DNA of 64,000 nucleotides from Octopus vulgaris (GCA_951406725.2 OX597837.1:3658001-3722000), one strand, 5' to 3'. Shown: positions 1-14,458, numbered from the stretch's first letter. A program made the numbers and translations. Notes: generated from the letters alone by a model not told the origin.

Positions 1-14
1 TATTTCATTTATAT

Positions 15-118
15 AAACGTACTGAAAGCAGTAAAAAAGGACCTTAAGGGAAGGAAAATGTGAGAAAATAGAATTCTATTTTCTCACAGTTTATTTGTTC
101 GTGAAATGATACAATATG

Positions 119-203
<85 letters not shown>

Positions 204-325
204 CAACCGCAAGTGAAGGAGAAGCTCAGATGTTTGTCATAATAGTTGTTTAGCTACCGTCAGGTAATTGAAGAAAGCTTTTGTATGCATTTAATAAATA
301 ATTTCCAAATATTTACAAAAACTGA

Positions 326-392
<67 letters not shown>

Positions 393-529
393 GCACGCAC
401 GCACACATACTGTGAGATCCAGGATGTACTCAAGCCTTGGCTTGGATCTCGACATTATTGATAGCCCAATATTCGTCTTGAGCGCTGTTCTGGAAGGAAA
501 TATCCCAACGTCACACCCGACAGACTTTA

Positions 530-567
<38 letters not shown>

Positions 568-798
568 CCAAGTGTTAAGGCATGGAGTAGATAACATCCG
601 GGTTACATATGTTTGATATCGAGCGGAACCTCGGAAGTAGTAAATATCCATGTGAGGCGTATGCTGCAGGTAACTCTTCAGACCAAGCCTATCTTGGTTA
701 TGCGAAGTTTATATCGTCGTTATGTGGCTCATGCTTCATATCTTCTATGGACTGCTTGAATCCCACTGTCTACTTGCATATCAATCCTAAGATATTTC

Positions 799-800
<2 letters not shown>
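15..800. repeat. Diverged local duplication, copy 1 (paired with ~3540-3995 and ~4690-4920)
   Basis: Collinear shared blocks recur at 3.6-4.9 kb with many substitutions, e.g. 'ccgcaagtgaaggaga..gctaccgtcaggtaatt', 'gccttggcttgg.tctcgaca' and 'gtgaggcgtatgctgcagg..actcttcagaccaag'. Confidence 0.8.
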
Positions 801-855
<55 letters not shown>

Positions 856-1383
856 CACTCCTTTGTAGCTTAGATACAACCACCACACGCAGACATTCAG
901 AAACATGCGGTAAGCATACATTACTGCCTACATTAATCTGGGAGTTAAATATACACTACCACATCAAATGTATTATCATTTCTACGTGAAGTAGGACAAC
1001 TGAAACAACCAGCCTGCGAATAGCGGAATCCAATTCACGAAAAAACAAAAACAAATCCCTTTTAGAGTAAAACTTTATGCAAATAGGACGAATGGCAATA
1101 ACATTAATACATAAATTAGCAGTAGAAATGTTTTACTAAATCTATTCCACTCTTAATCAATATCTTCTCTTTTTTTAAAGAAAATAACACTGACACCTAA
1201 AATAGGATTTCATGTAATGCTGTCATCATATCATCCTGAACAGACCCAATCATAATGATAACATCAATACGCAAACAATTTTGAGTGAAATTGATGATTA
1301 TGAACAAAAACAAAATCCATTCGATGTATACGTGTGAATGAGAAGTAAGCATATTTATGTATATGTATGGCTACACACATATA

Positions 1384-1546
<163 letters not shown>

Positions 1547-1820
1547 GCACACAGACAGACAGACACACACACACACACAGACACCGAAAAACACCCATAT
1601 ACATATGTAGTTAGAATGAGAAACTGTAACTGAAGATTAATTTTATGCGTTTTGATAGCAACCAATTTTTTTCACATTTTTGCGTAGCTTTTCATGTCAG
1701 CAGTAAAGGTTCTAGAGGGTTAACTTTGACAGTGTTAAGCAGTGGAGATGTTTGATGATTATGTGTGGTGGTTACTTTTGACTGTTTCTTCTCAATAAGG
1801 ATGATTGATAACAAATCTTA

Positions 1821-1881
<61 letters not shown>

Positions 1882-2053
1882 TTCAAGTAGAATTGTACGT
1901 CATAAGACAGACAGCATAGCAACAGTTTTGTCAGACTGTCATCCTGTACTCACCTTGTTGCTAACGAAATGGTATGTGCCGGCTGTCTGAGCAACTGGTT
2001 GATTTTAATGGCGGGAACAAACAGGACAAAAAAAGATTACAAGAATAGCGATT

Positions 2054-2218
2054 CTCACCTTAAATCTAATTATTTTGAAATTTCTTTTTAGATTACGGAA
2101 TGCCTCGCTCTGTCATGTATCCATGTTTAAAATTTCAGCGCGATCAGATGACCAATACGCGAGTTATAGGCGCACAGACAGACAGATAGGCGGACAGAAC
2201 GGATTTTATATATTAAGA
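2054..2218 (-). mobile_element. Helitron-like 5' terminal fragment
   Basis: Minus strand reads A|TCTTAATATATAAAATCCGTTCTGTCCG followed by a (TCTG)n block. It is homologous to 50004-50150 on the + strand. Confidence 0.55.
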
Positions 2219-2376
2219 TATACACGGGGAGGTGGTGAATAGTCCCAGGCGTTGGGTAAAAGAACAAACGGGCGAATCAGTTCATTATAATTTTATTCAA
2301 CATATCCTCTCAGTTTTTTTTTTAAAGTCTGAAGGCAGGGCCTCCAGCCAAGCCTTTCGCGATAACCTTTTCAGCA

Positions 2377-2414
<38 letters not shown>

Positions 2415-2594
2415 GCACACACACACAGAGACAAGCTCGCACACATGTACACGCATGCACTCGCGCATATATATTTATGTATATTTATACACACTCAATC
2501 ACACACACACAAACACACACACACATATATATATTTGTACGCATTTTCTATGATAGATTCATAGCTTAAGGGGACACACGTACATAGACATATA

Positions 2595-2795
2595 CTCTTT
2601 TACTTGTTTCAGTCATATGACTGCGGCCATGCTGGAGCACCGCCTTTAGTCGAGCAACTCGACCCCGGGACTTATTCTTTTGTAAGCCCAGTACCTATTC
2701 TATCGGTCTCTTTTGCCGAACCGCTAAGTGACGGGGACATAAACACAGCAGCATCGATTGTCAAGCAATGCTGGGGGACAAACATAGACACACAA

Positions 2796-2886
<91 letters not shown>

Positions 2887-3054
2887 TACGACAGGCTTCT
2901 TTCAGTTTCCGTCTACCAAATCCACTCACAAGGCTTTGGTCGGCCCGAGGCCATAGTAGAAGACACTTGCCCAAGGTGCCACGCAGTGGGACTGAACCCG
3001 GAACCATGTGGTTGGTTAGCAAGCTACTTACCACACAGCCACTCCTGCGCCTAT
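2595..3054 (-). mobile_element. tRNA-derived SINE, family A (internal CA/TA microsatellite)
   Basis: Head GGCGCAGGAGTGGCTGTGTGGTAAG..GGTTCCGGGTTCAGTCCC with A/B-box-like motifs, and tail ..ATGACTGAAACAAGTAAAAGAG. More than 10 copies in the window. Confidence 0.9.
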
Positions 3055-3114
3055 GTATTTTACACATAGACACTCTCGTAAGCTCTCTCGCGCGCACTCA
3101 CACAGACACACATA

Positions 3115-3159
<45 letters not shown>

Positions 3160-3539
3160 GGAGGGAGAAAGAGAATGAAAGAGAATGAGAAATTTTGTTT
3201 TCTTGTATATGAAGCAAAAATCATAAACATTAGGAAGAGGTCTATTGTATTGCAGCAGAGTAATATTAATCAAAATGTTTGGAGATATATATGCATATAT
3301 ATATACCTGTCTATATATATTAACATACATAAATATATATTTATTTATATACATATATATACTATATATATGTGTGTATATATATATATATGTGTACACT
3401 CACACACATATATATACTCACACATAGACATAGACATAAATAAATTTGTGTCTCTTACGTGGGAGTGCATCCAACATTAAATGAAGTTAGTACATATTTC
3501 ATTATATGAAGGCTGTACATACTTCATTTGTATAAAAGT

Positions 3540-3995
3540 GCTGAGAGCAATGAAAAGGATATTAAGAGAAAGAAAATGCAATAAAATGGAATTAATTTAT
3601 TTGTTCGTGAAAGGAGAAAATATGTTATTTTTATATATATACGACCGCAAGTGAAGGAGATGCTTAGATGTTTATCATAATAGTTATTTAGCTACCGTCA
3701 GGTAATTCAAGAAAGTCTTTGCTCATATTAAAACAAACGATTTAAGGGTTGAAAGGATCTTAGAAATTTCAAAAATATTTACAAAACCTGAAATGATTAT
3801 TTTGTGGGAACACACACACACACATACACACACATACATACATAAATACACGCACACACACATAGACGCACATACTGCCAGGATCCCAGAAGTGCTATGG
3901 CCTTGGCTTGGGTCTCGACAGTGTTGATGGCCCAGTATTCGTTTTGAATACCGTTCTGAAAATACCCCAACTTCATTCCCACCTGACGTTAGTGT
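3540..3995. repeat. Diverged local duplication, copy 2 (first part)
   Basis: Aligns by eye to ~15-530. Confidence 0.75.
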
Positions 3996-4018
3996 ATATA
4001 TATATATATATATATATA

Positions 4019-4261
4019 AGGCACTTTATTTCACGTTGCTCCAGTTCACTCAGCTGTAGAAATGAGTTGCGACGTCACTGGTGCCAAGCTGTATCGACCT
4101 TTGTCTTTCCCTTGGATAATACTGGTGGCGTGGAGAGGGGAGGCTGGTATGCATGGGCGACTGCTGGTCTTCCATAAACAACCTTGCCCGGACTTGTGTC
4201 TAGGAGGGTAACTTTCTAGGTGCAATCCCATGGTCATTCATGACCGAAGGGGGTCTTTACC

Positions 4262-4265
<4 letters not shown>
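4019..4265 (+). mobile_element. 5'-truncated SINE (shares a central block with family B)
   Basis: 'cactttatttcacgttgctccagttcactcagctg..aaatgagt' matches the body of the SINE at 11219-11465. Confidence 0.6.
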
Positions 4266-4304
<39 letters not shown>

Positions 4305-4469
4305 TATATTATATATATTTATGTATACCTATCTTATATATATTCTTGTATATATGCATACATAAACTATTGTATACATATATATATGAGGATTCACTTT
4401 CCCAATGAAACTCGGTTCTTTCTCAAACCTTTTATAATGTGATACAAGTCTTTGGTGTAACAATTGTAC

Positions 4470-4562
4470 GCGGCTGAAGAAGGCTTTTGATCTATCTGTT
4501 ATATCAATTATGCATTGATATAAGAATAAGTTGTTCAATAAAGCCCGAAACATATGTACCGC
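4470..4562 (+). ncRNA. Type-I hammerhead ribozyme (canonical core)
   Basis: Stem I GCGG/CCGC; CTGAAGA; stem II GGCTTT..AAAGCC; GAAAC; palindromic helix III ACATATGT; GUA cleavage triplet at 4556-4558. Confidence 0.85.
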
Positions 4563-4689
4563 AAAATCCTTTCCATCCTGTTTTTCATTTACTTCATTTG
4601 ATACATATATCCTATCACCTATGCCACTAGCTGGCATATACAGGTGCTTAGATTTATCACGTATTCACCCTGAATTTGTTATATATATA

Positions 4690-4920
4690 TGTTAAGGTAT
4701 GGAGTTGATAACATCGGGGTTGGATATGTTTGATTTCGAGTGGAACCATGGAAGTAATAAATATCCAAGTGAGGCGTATGCTGCAGGCTACTCTTCAGAC
4801 CAAGTCCATCTTGGTTACATGAAGTTTACTTCTTCGTTGAGAGGTCCAAGCTTAATATCTTCTACGGACTGCTCGAATTCCACTGTCTTCCTACATATCA
4901 ATTCTTGGATCTTACCTTTA
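4690..4920. repeat. Diverged local duplication, copy 2 (second part, paired with ~570-800)
   Basis: Nucleotide similarity plus similar + strand translations (KYPxEAYAAGxSSDQxxLGY). Confidence 0.8.
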
Positions 4921-4944
4921 TATATATACCTATAAAAAATTAGA

Positions 4945-5062
4945 AAAAAACGACCTTTTATCAATTCAAAATGAACAATTAAATTACACCATCCAGAAAA
5001 TTACATAAAATAGAAATATTAACATTAAAATAACAATAAAATGTCAAAGATTAAGTAAATTC
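4945..5062. repeat. Dispersed repeat, also at ~14740-14856, TA-flanked
   Basis: 'ttttatcaattcaaaatgaacaatt.aattacaccatc.agaaaattacata..' is near-identical at both sites. Confidence 0.75.
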
Positions 5063-5103
5063 CCTCAAATATTAATAATTAATATGTATACATACATATA
5101 TAC

Positions 5104-5247
<144 letters not shown>

Positions 5248-5831
5248 AAACACATATATAAGAGAAGTCTAATAAAGATTTTTCATACTAAGTTGGTAGC
5301 ATACTATTGCAAGTATTTTATTAAAATATCCTTCTCATTTCCTTATCATAGATACTTTGTATGGTATGTATTTCAGTATATTAATTATACTCACATAGAG
5401 GGAAAGTTTCTTATATTTCAAAATATCCGTTAGCCATATTAGTTTTAGTTCTAACACAACTAGATTCAACACAACCTAATCTTGTTTTAATTTCATCTTT
5501 CACAATTATTTTCTGAATATCCGAATTAGTTATGCCCACACAGACTCCATCTAGTCTCCTGTAACAACATAATTTTTTGTGTTACAACTTTTCTTATGTA
5601 TTCTCCATTTTTGCTCTGAAGAGAATGGTAATATGTAATTAAATTAATTTCATTATGATTATAATTAACTTAATTTCTTCCATGTTTCTTACATCGTATG
5701 CGAGGATTAAAATTTTTATGTATCTTTTAATACCTTCTCTTCTCCATCTTTAATTGTTTGTTGAGTTTATAAAGTATTGAGTTCTACAAATGCTCATAAC
5801 ACACCTTATACTTATATATATATATATATAT

Positions 5832-6230
5832 ACTCTTTTACTCTTTTACTTGTTTCAGTCATTTGACTGCGGCCATGCTGGAGCACCGCCTTTAGTCGAG
5901 CAAATCGACCCCAGGACTTATTCTTTGTAAGCCCAGTACTTATTCTATCGGTCTCTTTTGCCGAACCGCTAAGTGACGGGGACGTAAACACACCAGCATC
6001 GGTTGTCAAGCAATGCTAGGGGGACAAACACAGACACACAAACACACACACACATATATATATATATATACGACAGGCTTCTTTCAGTTTCCGTCTACCA
6101 AATCCACTTACAAGGCATTGGTCGGCCCGGGGCTATAGCAGAAGACACTTGCCCAAGATGCCACGCAGTGGGACTAAACCCGGAACCATGTGGCTGGTTA
6201 GCAAGCTACTTACCACACAGCCACTCCTGC
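5832..6230 (-). mobile_element. SINE family A
   Basis: Near full-length match to 2595-3054. Confidence 0.9.
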
Positions 6231-6250
6231 ATATATATATATATATATGT

Positions 6251-6915
6251 ATTAAAATCTTAGGGTAGTAAGAATATTCATCGAAAAATTCTTAGTTACC
6301 AGTTGTCTAGCGAGAGAGAAAAAAATAGTCAATAGACTATATATTATTCAGAGAAGAATACAGTATACGTTCAAACGCAAAAGAGATACCTGAAGAATAG
6401 GATATCTGATTCACTAGAAAGAGCAGTTAAAACTCCCATCCATCAATTATCGTAATTCCGAAAGTGATTGAAAAATAAAAAAAAATTTTATGTTAATCCT
6501 AGACCCTGCAAGGTTTCTGCAGACTTAAATACAGATTGAAATAAAATAATCTCAGTCTATATCTGGCGCTGCTTCCTCAGTAGGTTGCCAAGACTGAACA
6601 CATAGACATGGACCTATAAGTAATCAGCCACGTGTCTATAGGTTCTAATTTTTCGAATTTACCGTGCAGATGCGGAAATCAATCAGCACTAAATAAATAA
6701 ATTGCCGATTTTCTTCCAGAATTAGCCAAAAAAACATTTTATCATTAATTAAAATCTTAGGGTAGTAAGAATATTCATCGAAAAATTCTTAGTTATCAGT
6801 CGTCTAGCGACTATACATTATTCAGAGAAGAATATAGTGTACATTCAAGCACGAGAGAGATACCCGAAGAATAGGATATCTTGACCACTGGTTACTACCC
6901 TAAGATTTTGATTAA
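6251..6915 (-). mobile_element. Hammerhead-bearing Penelope-pLTR/retrozyme-like element (497-bp period plus inverted end)
   Basis: 6251-6408 is repeated at 6748-6881, 6892-6915 is the reverse complement of 6745-6769, a hammerhead lies inside, and the element abuts (TA)n. Confidence 0.7.
6498..6584 (-). ncRNA. Type-I hammerhead ribozyme (canonical core)
   Basis: Minus strand: CCTA-CTGAGGA-a-GCAG..CTGC-a-GAAAC-CTTGCAGG-GTC-TAGG. GUC triplet and near-palindromic helix III. Confidence 0.85.
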
Positions 6916-6978
6916 CACACCAGCATCGGTTGTCAAGCGATGTTAGGGGGATAAACACAGACACACAAACATATACAT

Positions 6979-7021
<43 letters not shown>

Positions 7022-7187
7022 CGACAGGCTCCTTTCAGTTTTCGTCTATCAAATTCATTCACCAGACTTTGGTCGGCCCAGGGCTATAGTAAAAGACAAT
7101 TGCCCAAGTTGCCATGCAGTGGGACTGAACCCGGAACCATATGGCTGGTAAGCAAGCTACTTACCACACAGGCACTCCTACGCCTAT
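6915..7187 (-). mobile_element. SINE family A, 3'-truncated
   Basis: Head and body match family A; the tail is replaced by the hammerhead element. Confidence 0.85.
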
Positions 7188-7297
7188 GAACTTTTCTTCT
7201 TCATTTTTCTTCTTTCTTTTTATCTTCTTATTCTTTAACTCCCTTCCTCTATGTTGTCATCTCATTAATATATACCATTCTCATTTCCCCTATTTTT

Positions 7298-7353
7298 GTC
7301 TCTGATGTCGGAATATCCCATACTCGGGGATATCTCAGAAACAGCTGTAAGAC
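7298..7353 (+). ncRNA. Hammerhead ribozyme, variant core (CUGAUGU)
   Basis: GTCT-CTGATGT..ATATCCC/GGGATAT..GAAAC-AGCT-GTA-AGAC; helix III ACAGCTGT is palindromic. Confidence 0.65.
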
Positions 7354-7555
7354 TTTGAAATTTTTCCAATAATAATATTGTATACGACTTGAGATATTTG
7401 CCTTGCCTTAATGTTTGTTATGTATCGGAAATCTTCAATAACTCAATAACTAACGTCTCGGCTAAAACCTTGGAGCCGAGTAATCCGTTACAGTACTTAC
7501 CTACTGTACGTAATCTTTTAGATCACCTATGAACTAAACCCGCATACTTTATATA

Positions 7556-7646
<91 letters not shown>

Positions 7647-8080
7647 TGAGAGAGAGAGAGAATGATATAATAGATGTGAAGTGTATTTGAATTTGTAATG
7701 TCTTGCAAGACAAATCAGGAAAATGTTCAAGTTATCAGCTTTCATAATAGAACGCTATAATAACCCATGACACATAAAATCACATAGAAAATGTAATTTC
7801 ACACCGATATTCAAATACGCATAACACACACACACAAACACATAAACACACACATACGTATCTTATACACATACACACATACATCAAACGCATACATATG
7901 ATCGTTTATATATATATTTCCTAATAGTGGTTTTATCTCTAATTTAATTTATATATATATATATGTATATACATACTTATATGTACATGAGTATATATAT
8001 GTATACGTATAGTCATATGACAACACATACATATATACACATTTATATGTATGTATATATATATATATATGCATGTATTG

Positions 8081-8120
<40 letters not shown>

Positions 8121-8221
8121 ATGTGTGTATGTATGCGTATATAGCGTATATACATGTTTACATAAGTATATGTGTATATAGATGTTATATCCTTATGCAC
8201 GTATAATTACACATCTGAGTA

Positions 8222-8311
<90 letters not shown>

Positions 8312-8331
8312 ATATATGTATATATATATAC

Positions 8332-8418
<87 letters not shown>

Positions 8419-8430
8419 GTATATATATGT

Positions 8431-8478
<48 letters not shown>

Positions 8479-8830
8479 GTATATATATATATGTATATAT
8501 ATATATGTATATATATATATATTCATATATACACACATACACACACTCGATATCAAGTTATTGTGTGATCTATACACTTCATGTTAAAAGTAAAATGTTT
8601 GCGAGATACTTGGCACGAAATTACCTCCATGTAAATATGATCTCTTTCGGCCCAAACACAGACGCACATGCGTAAATACACACACACACACACACACGCA
8701 CACACACATACACACTGTTTTTCTCTCTGTCTATCTCGCATATACACACACATATATACACAGAAGTAAATAAGCGTATCTTTATATACATATAAGTACG
8801 TACTCATCCAGACAATAAAATATGCACATG

Positions 8831-8914
<84 letters not shown>

Positions 8915-9411
8915 TACGCACACACGCACACACACACGCACACACACACACACACACAAAAACACACACACTCTTTCCCTCTGTCTATTTCGCATACACA
9001 GAAATAAATAAATGTATCTTTATATACATATAAGTACACACTCATCCAGAGCACACACACACACATGCACACACACATGCACACACACACACACACAAAC
9101 ACACACAAACACACAGAAGCTCTCCATCTCTTTCTCACATTCACACTTACTCTCTTTCTCTCACTTGTACATACACATACATTCACGTATTCATCACACA
9201 TGTACTCTTATTCTTATGTCTCATATCTACATATAGATGCAGGCATATTTGAATTGGAATTGCGTGGTTTAGGGTTCAGTCCTACTACTCGGCATGTTGA
9301 GAAAGTGTCTTGAATGGAAAAAGTCCCATGGGCTGACTTCGACTTATTCTATCCAAAGGGTTTTTTTAAAACTCAGTATCTACAAGCTGTGTGTGCTTCG
9401 AAATCCAATAT

Positions 9412-9609
<198 letters not shown>

Positions 9610-9667
9610 TCCTCTTGTATTCTCACCCAAAACTTTGTGATGTTTTTATATATATATATATATAAAT

Positions 9668-9906
9668 AAAGGAAATGAAGAAAATGCTGACAAAATAATT
9701 TAAGTAAGGGAGAGTGTATTTAATTAGGTGAAAGTTCTTTTTACAGATAAGAGAAAAAAAATCTATCAGAAAGGAACTCTATCTCTCTTAAAAAAATATA
9801 TTTTGATAAGCATAACAAATGCGCAACCGGTAAAAAGAACTTTTACCTAATTAAATACACTCTCCCTTACTTAAATTATTTTGTCAGTATTTTCTTCATT
9901 TCCTTT
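9668..9906. repeat. Inverted repeat, ~77-bp arms with ~85-bp spacer, TA-flanked
   Basis: 9668-9744 is the reverse complement of 9830-9906 with about 3 mismatches. Confidence 0.85.
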
Positions 9907-9945
9907 TTTTATATATCACAACTCGTGTTCCACATCTCCTTTTTT

Positions 9946-10002
<57 letters not shown>

Positions 10003-10408
10003 GTATATATATGTATGTATGTATATATGTATATATGTATGTATATATGTATATATGCATACATATATACGCATATATACGACGGGTTCCTCACAGTTTC
10101 TAGCTTTCGAATTGACTCAGAAGTCATTGGTCGACCTGGGACTATCGTGCCCCAAATACTGCGCACTGCGACTGAACCCGGAACTTAGAGGTTGCAAAGC
10201 GAAATTTTTAACCCCCAGAGAGCCATGCCAGCGCCTGAAGCGAGACATTGAAATAGAGAACATAGAGAGAATGTTCGAAGAATATTTGTTGTGTACTATT
10301 GTGCGCATTAATTATGATGTATCTTGTCTGATACGTACTTGCCACAAACATACGTGTGCGTGTGCGTGTGCGTGTGTGTGTGCGTGTGTGTGTGCGTGCG
10401 TGTGTGTG

Positions 10409-10441
<33 letters not shown>

Positions 10442-10522
10442 GTATGAGCATACATAAATACATATATATATATGTATATATTTACATACATATATATATA
10501 TGTATGTATGAATGTATGTATG

Positions 10523-10573
<51 letters not shown>

Positions 10574-10682
10574 GCACATATGTATATATATACATATACA
10601 TGCATATATATATGTATATGGGCAATGTTTATTATATATATATACATATACACACATATATATGTATATGTGCAATATTTAT

Positions 10683-10724
<42 letters not shown>

Positions 10725-11218
10725 ATAAACTAATATATATGCATATAGATATGTATATTTGTGTATATATATATTCATCCATATAAGTATACACTCATAC
10801 ACAATATTGTCAAACGCTTACATAGACACTCAAACACACTCACACACTTTCATAGGCACACATACTCACATACACCCTTCCACACACTAACACAAACATA
10901 CATTCAGATGCATCATGTTGCTATTTAATTGACCTCCTCAACAGACACCTTCTTTTCTTTCGCCTGGAATTATCATTACGGGGATATCATTATTAGAACG
11001 TTTGTCAATGAGTATTTTGGAAGACATACTGGATTTTAATAACAGCTTAACTAAGGATTAGTAGAGCTTAATTGACATTTAAATGAGGCAAAGTTAAAAA
11101 TATATATGCTACAAAAATCCAGTTTATATAAGAAACTGTCTTTTAGCAAATATACATTTCCAAAATATTTCCATTTTATACTTGGCTTGCGAGATTCTTC
11201 ATGTGAACACGTACGTTG

Positions 11219-11465
11219 TTCCTTCACGAGCCATGCCAGGCTCACAAGGGCCGGTTTCCCGGTTTCAGTGGCGTAGAAATTCCCGATCTAGACGGGACGC
11301 CGGCCCGTCGCAGGATCACTCATTTTTGCCAGCTGAGTGGACTGGAGCAACATGGAAATGAAGTGTTTTGCTCAAGAACACAACACATCGCCTGTTCCAG
11401 GAATCGAAACCACAACCTTACGATCATGAGTTCAACACCCTAACCACTAAACCACGCGCCTCCAC
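11219..11465 (-). mobile_element. tRNA-derived SINE family B with 15-bp TSD
   Basis: Head GTGGAGGCGCGTGGTTTAGTGGTTAGG..GGTTTCGATTCC; TSD TGAACACGTACGTTG at 11204-11218 and 11467-11481. Confidence 0.85.
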
Positions 11466-12269
11466 TTGAACACGTACGTTGAAATATATTGTGTTGCAGC
11501 TCGGAAGTATCATTATGTTATTAATAAACTCATGCACTGGATTTGTTTTATTTCTTCCTTAATATTACTCAATAACTTCTTTTTTAGCCATTTAACCAGC
11601 AAGATAATCGATTGTCTGATTAATCAATCAATCAATCATTCAATCCATCAGCTAAGTTTGTCGAAGTCTTTTCGCCACTATTCGCGACATCGTTAATAAC
11701 AGGCTCTCTTTACTCCAGTTCTGTTTCAAGGTCTGTCTCTCATTGGTGAGGTCTCAGATAGCGTCGAGAGAACTTTGGCATACTTAACTGTTTATTATTG
11801 GCATGATGATCCACCCAAAGTACGACGGATCATTTCCAAAAAGGTGAAAGAATACTATTAAAAGATATAGATATTTCCCTCAAGATGACAATCTATTTAT
11901 ATTTTAAGTCAAAATATTGATCTTTAAAATCACGTAAATTCTACATTTCTTGAAATTTCTGCTTGAAAACAAAACCTTTTAGAAATACTATTTAACTATT
12001 TGTATACTAGTTCCACGAAGAGTGATATTGTCAGAAATGGAAAATATAAAGTTCTTGAAATTTCATTCAAAAGTTAAAAGGACTGAGGTGCTCAGTGGAT
12101 GTGTATTTAATTAAAATGAAATAAGTTTGATGATCTATGGAAGTTGCAATCAAATCCTTAGGTGGCAGACAACGCAACATGTTGAACTACCATCGTAACA
12201 GATTCCTTGCAGTCGAATATACACATACATACATGCATGCATACATACATACACACATACGTGTAAATG

Positions 12270-12338
<69 letters not shown>

Positions 12339-12564
12339 CGTTTTGGGATTTGGTTTCCTATTTCTTTGTATGAGTTCGTGTGTTGAAGCATATTTAACAT
12401 ATAAAAACTATTGAAAAGTTTGCAACACGCAACGAAAATTTTAGGAAAATAAAAATAAGAAATAAGTGGAAATTTTACCGGTGAGTGTGTTAAATAATAA
12501 GGCACAAAAAGAAAATGACTCTCCCGAGACACAACAGTATATATATATATATATATATATATAT

Positions 12565-13048
12565 CTAATTTGGGATAAAATTTTCGGAAAAATTTTATCA
12601 ATGGCTAGTATATTAAAAAAATACCTTTAAAGGTTGAATTTATAAACAACTTATAAACAAGGGCAAAAGAATAAAATTTCAATGCCAAATATGCCGAAAT
12701 AGAGTCTATTTCGGCATATTTGGCATTGAAATCGTCAATAACCATATAATTTATCACTATAAGCACGCGTCTCGGAAGTAAGCGGATAGAAATTTCTAAA
12801 AAAAATGTCGTTATTATCGGATCGGTCCCAATTTCTGAGTTAATTTATTTAGAATTTTCTCGTCATCAGCGATAAATGCGATACGATATCCAAAATAGAA
12901 ATTCCACAGCATACCTCGAGACAGGTATGATCGGACTGAAAATTCTTATAGAGTGAGAAAGTCCGGAAGTGAATAGTATTAAACTTACATCTAACATAGG
13001 ATAAAATTTTCGAAAAAATTTTATCAATAGCCAGCATATTAAAAAAAA
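12565..13048. repeat. TA-flanked element with ~427-bp direct-repeat period and a perfect 57-bp hairpin
   Basis: 'ggataaaattttcg.aaaaattttatcaat.gc.ag.atattaaaaaaa' occurs at ~12572 and ~12999; palindrome at 12676-12732. Confidence 0.65.
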
Positions 13049-13059
13049 TAAATGAGATA

Positions 13060-13510
13060 CTTACTAGTACCCATGGAAGAAGTAAACACTAAGTCATTAG
13101 CATGCTTAAGTACACCAAATATATCGTGTCGGCGTCTCCCGGCCACAGGCAATATTCCTCATTGAGTCCCTCCAGCCTACGCAACACGGGCAACGTTATG
13201 TCCTCCACAGCCATCTGCGGAGGCCATTCGGGATCTCGTGTGCAGGCTAATGGTACTCCCTTATGGTGCTTTTCCAACACCTTCTCCACCTCTCCGCCTC
13301 TGTATAAGAAGACCAATAATTCGTCTTCCTCCGGGGATGAGGTAATCACTTCTACCGTTGGCGACACTAAATCCCACCGAAGGTGTCTCTTTCCCTGCCG
13401 GTGGCATAACCCCCATCGACGAGATTCCGGGACTTGCCGGTACTATGTCCAGTCAATTTTCGCCCGCTGCAAACCAGCGTGACGACTGCTTTTCGGTGGT
13501 ACGAACAAGA
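13060..13510 (-). mobile_element. GC-richer coding-like fragment, possibly a retrotransposon ORF1 remnant
   Basis: Open frame SPTVEVITSS..RDPEWPPQMAVEDITLPVLRRLEG.. with composition unlike the flanks. The family assignment is a guess. Confidence 0.3.
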
Positions 13511-13584
13511 CTGACAATAACGCATGCGCAGTGGGAAGCAAACTTCTTACCACACAGTCTACGCCTGTTGACGTTTTAAAATTA

Positions 13585-13796
13585 GATATTAATTTCAAAT
13601 TTTGGCTCATGGCCAGCAATTTCAGGGGATAAGTTAAGTCGATTACATCGACTCCAGTGCTTGGTTAGAACTTGTTTTATCGATCCGGAAAGGATGAACG
13701 GCAAAGTCGACCCCAGCAGCATTTGAACTCAGAGCGTAAAGACGGACGGAAGGCCGTTACATTCTGCTTGTGTGCTAACGATTCTGCCAGCTCACC
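13585..13796 (-). mobile_element. tRNA-derived SINE family C, degraded
   Basis: Minus strand GGTGAGCTGGCAGAATCGTTAGCAC..GAGTTCAAAT..GGGGTCGACTTTGCC matches 33506-33716. Confidence 0.75.
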
Positions 13797-14082
13797 ATAC
13801 AAACTGCAGACGTTGGAGTTTCTAATTGAAAACGATACGTTTAAAAAGCACTTTTAAGATGACAACTAATATTAATCATTGAAATTCTGTTGTTTTTGAG
13901 CATTTTTTTAAAAAGTAAAAGATAGCAGATGTTAACTGGATATCCATTAATTAAACTAAATCAACAGGGGAAATGATCAATGGGGCCTGAAAGTAAATTA
14001 ATAGCCGGTAGTCAACGCCATATCTATTGCGATAATTACCACCAAAGAAGATTCTCTTCAGCCGCTTATGTATGTATGTATG

Positions 14083-14116
<34 letters not shown>

Positions 14117-14180
14117 TGTATGTATGTATGTATGTATGTATGCATGTATGTATGTATGTTTGTATGCGTATGTATATGCA

Positions 14181-14258
<78 letters not shown>

Positions 14259-14373
14259 GAGGCATATATGCACATACACACATATACGTATGTATGTATA
14301 TTATATTGTATATAATATAATACATATATATGTGTGTGTTGTGTATGTATGTATGTGCATGTATATGTATTTA

Positions 14374-14458
<85 letters not shown>

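Noticed and set aside
595-685. Minus-strand CTGAAGA..AAACATATGTAACC hammerhead-like motif (paralog ~4715-4802)
   Set aside because: GAAA and stem II are not satisfiable in either copy.
5612-5705. CTGAAGA followed by an AT-rich stem in a TA-flanked insert
   Set aside because: No GAAA box or helix III; at best a decayed hammerhead.
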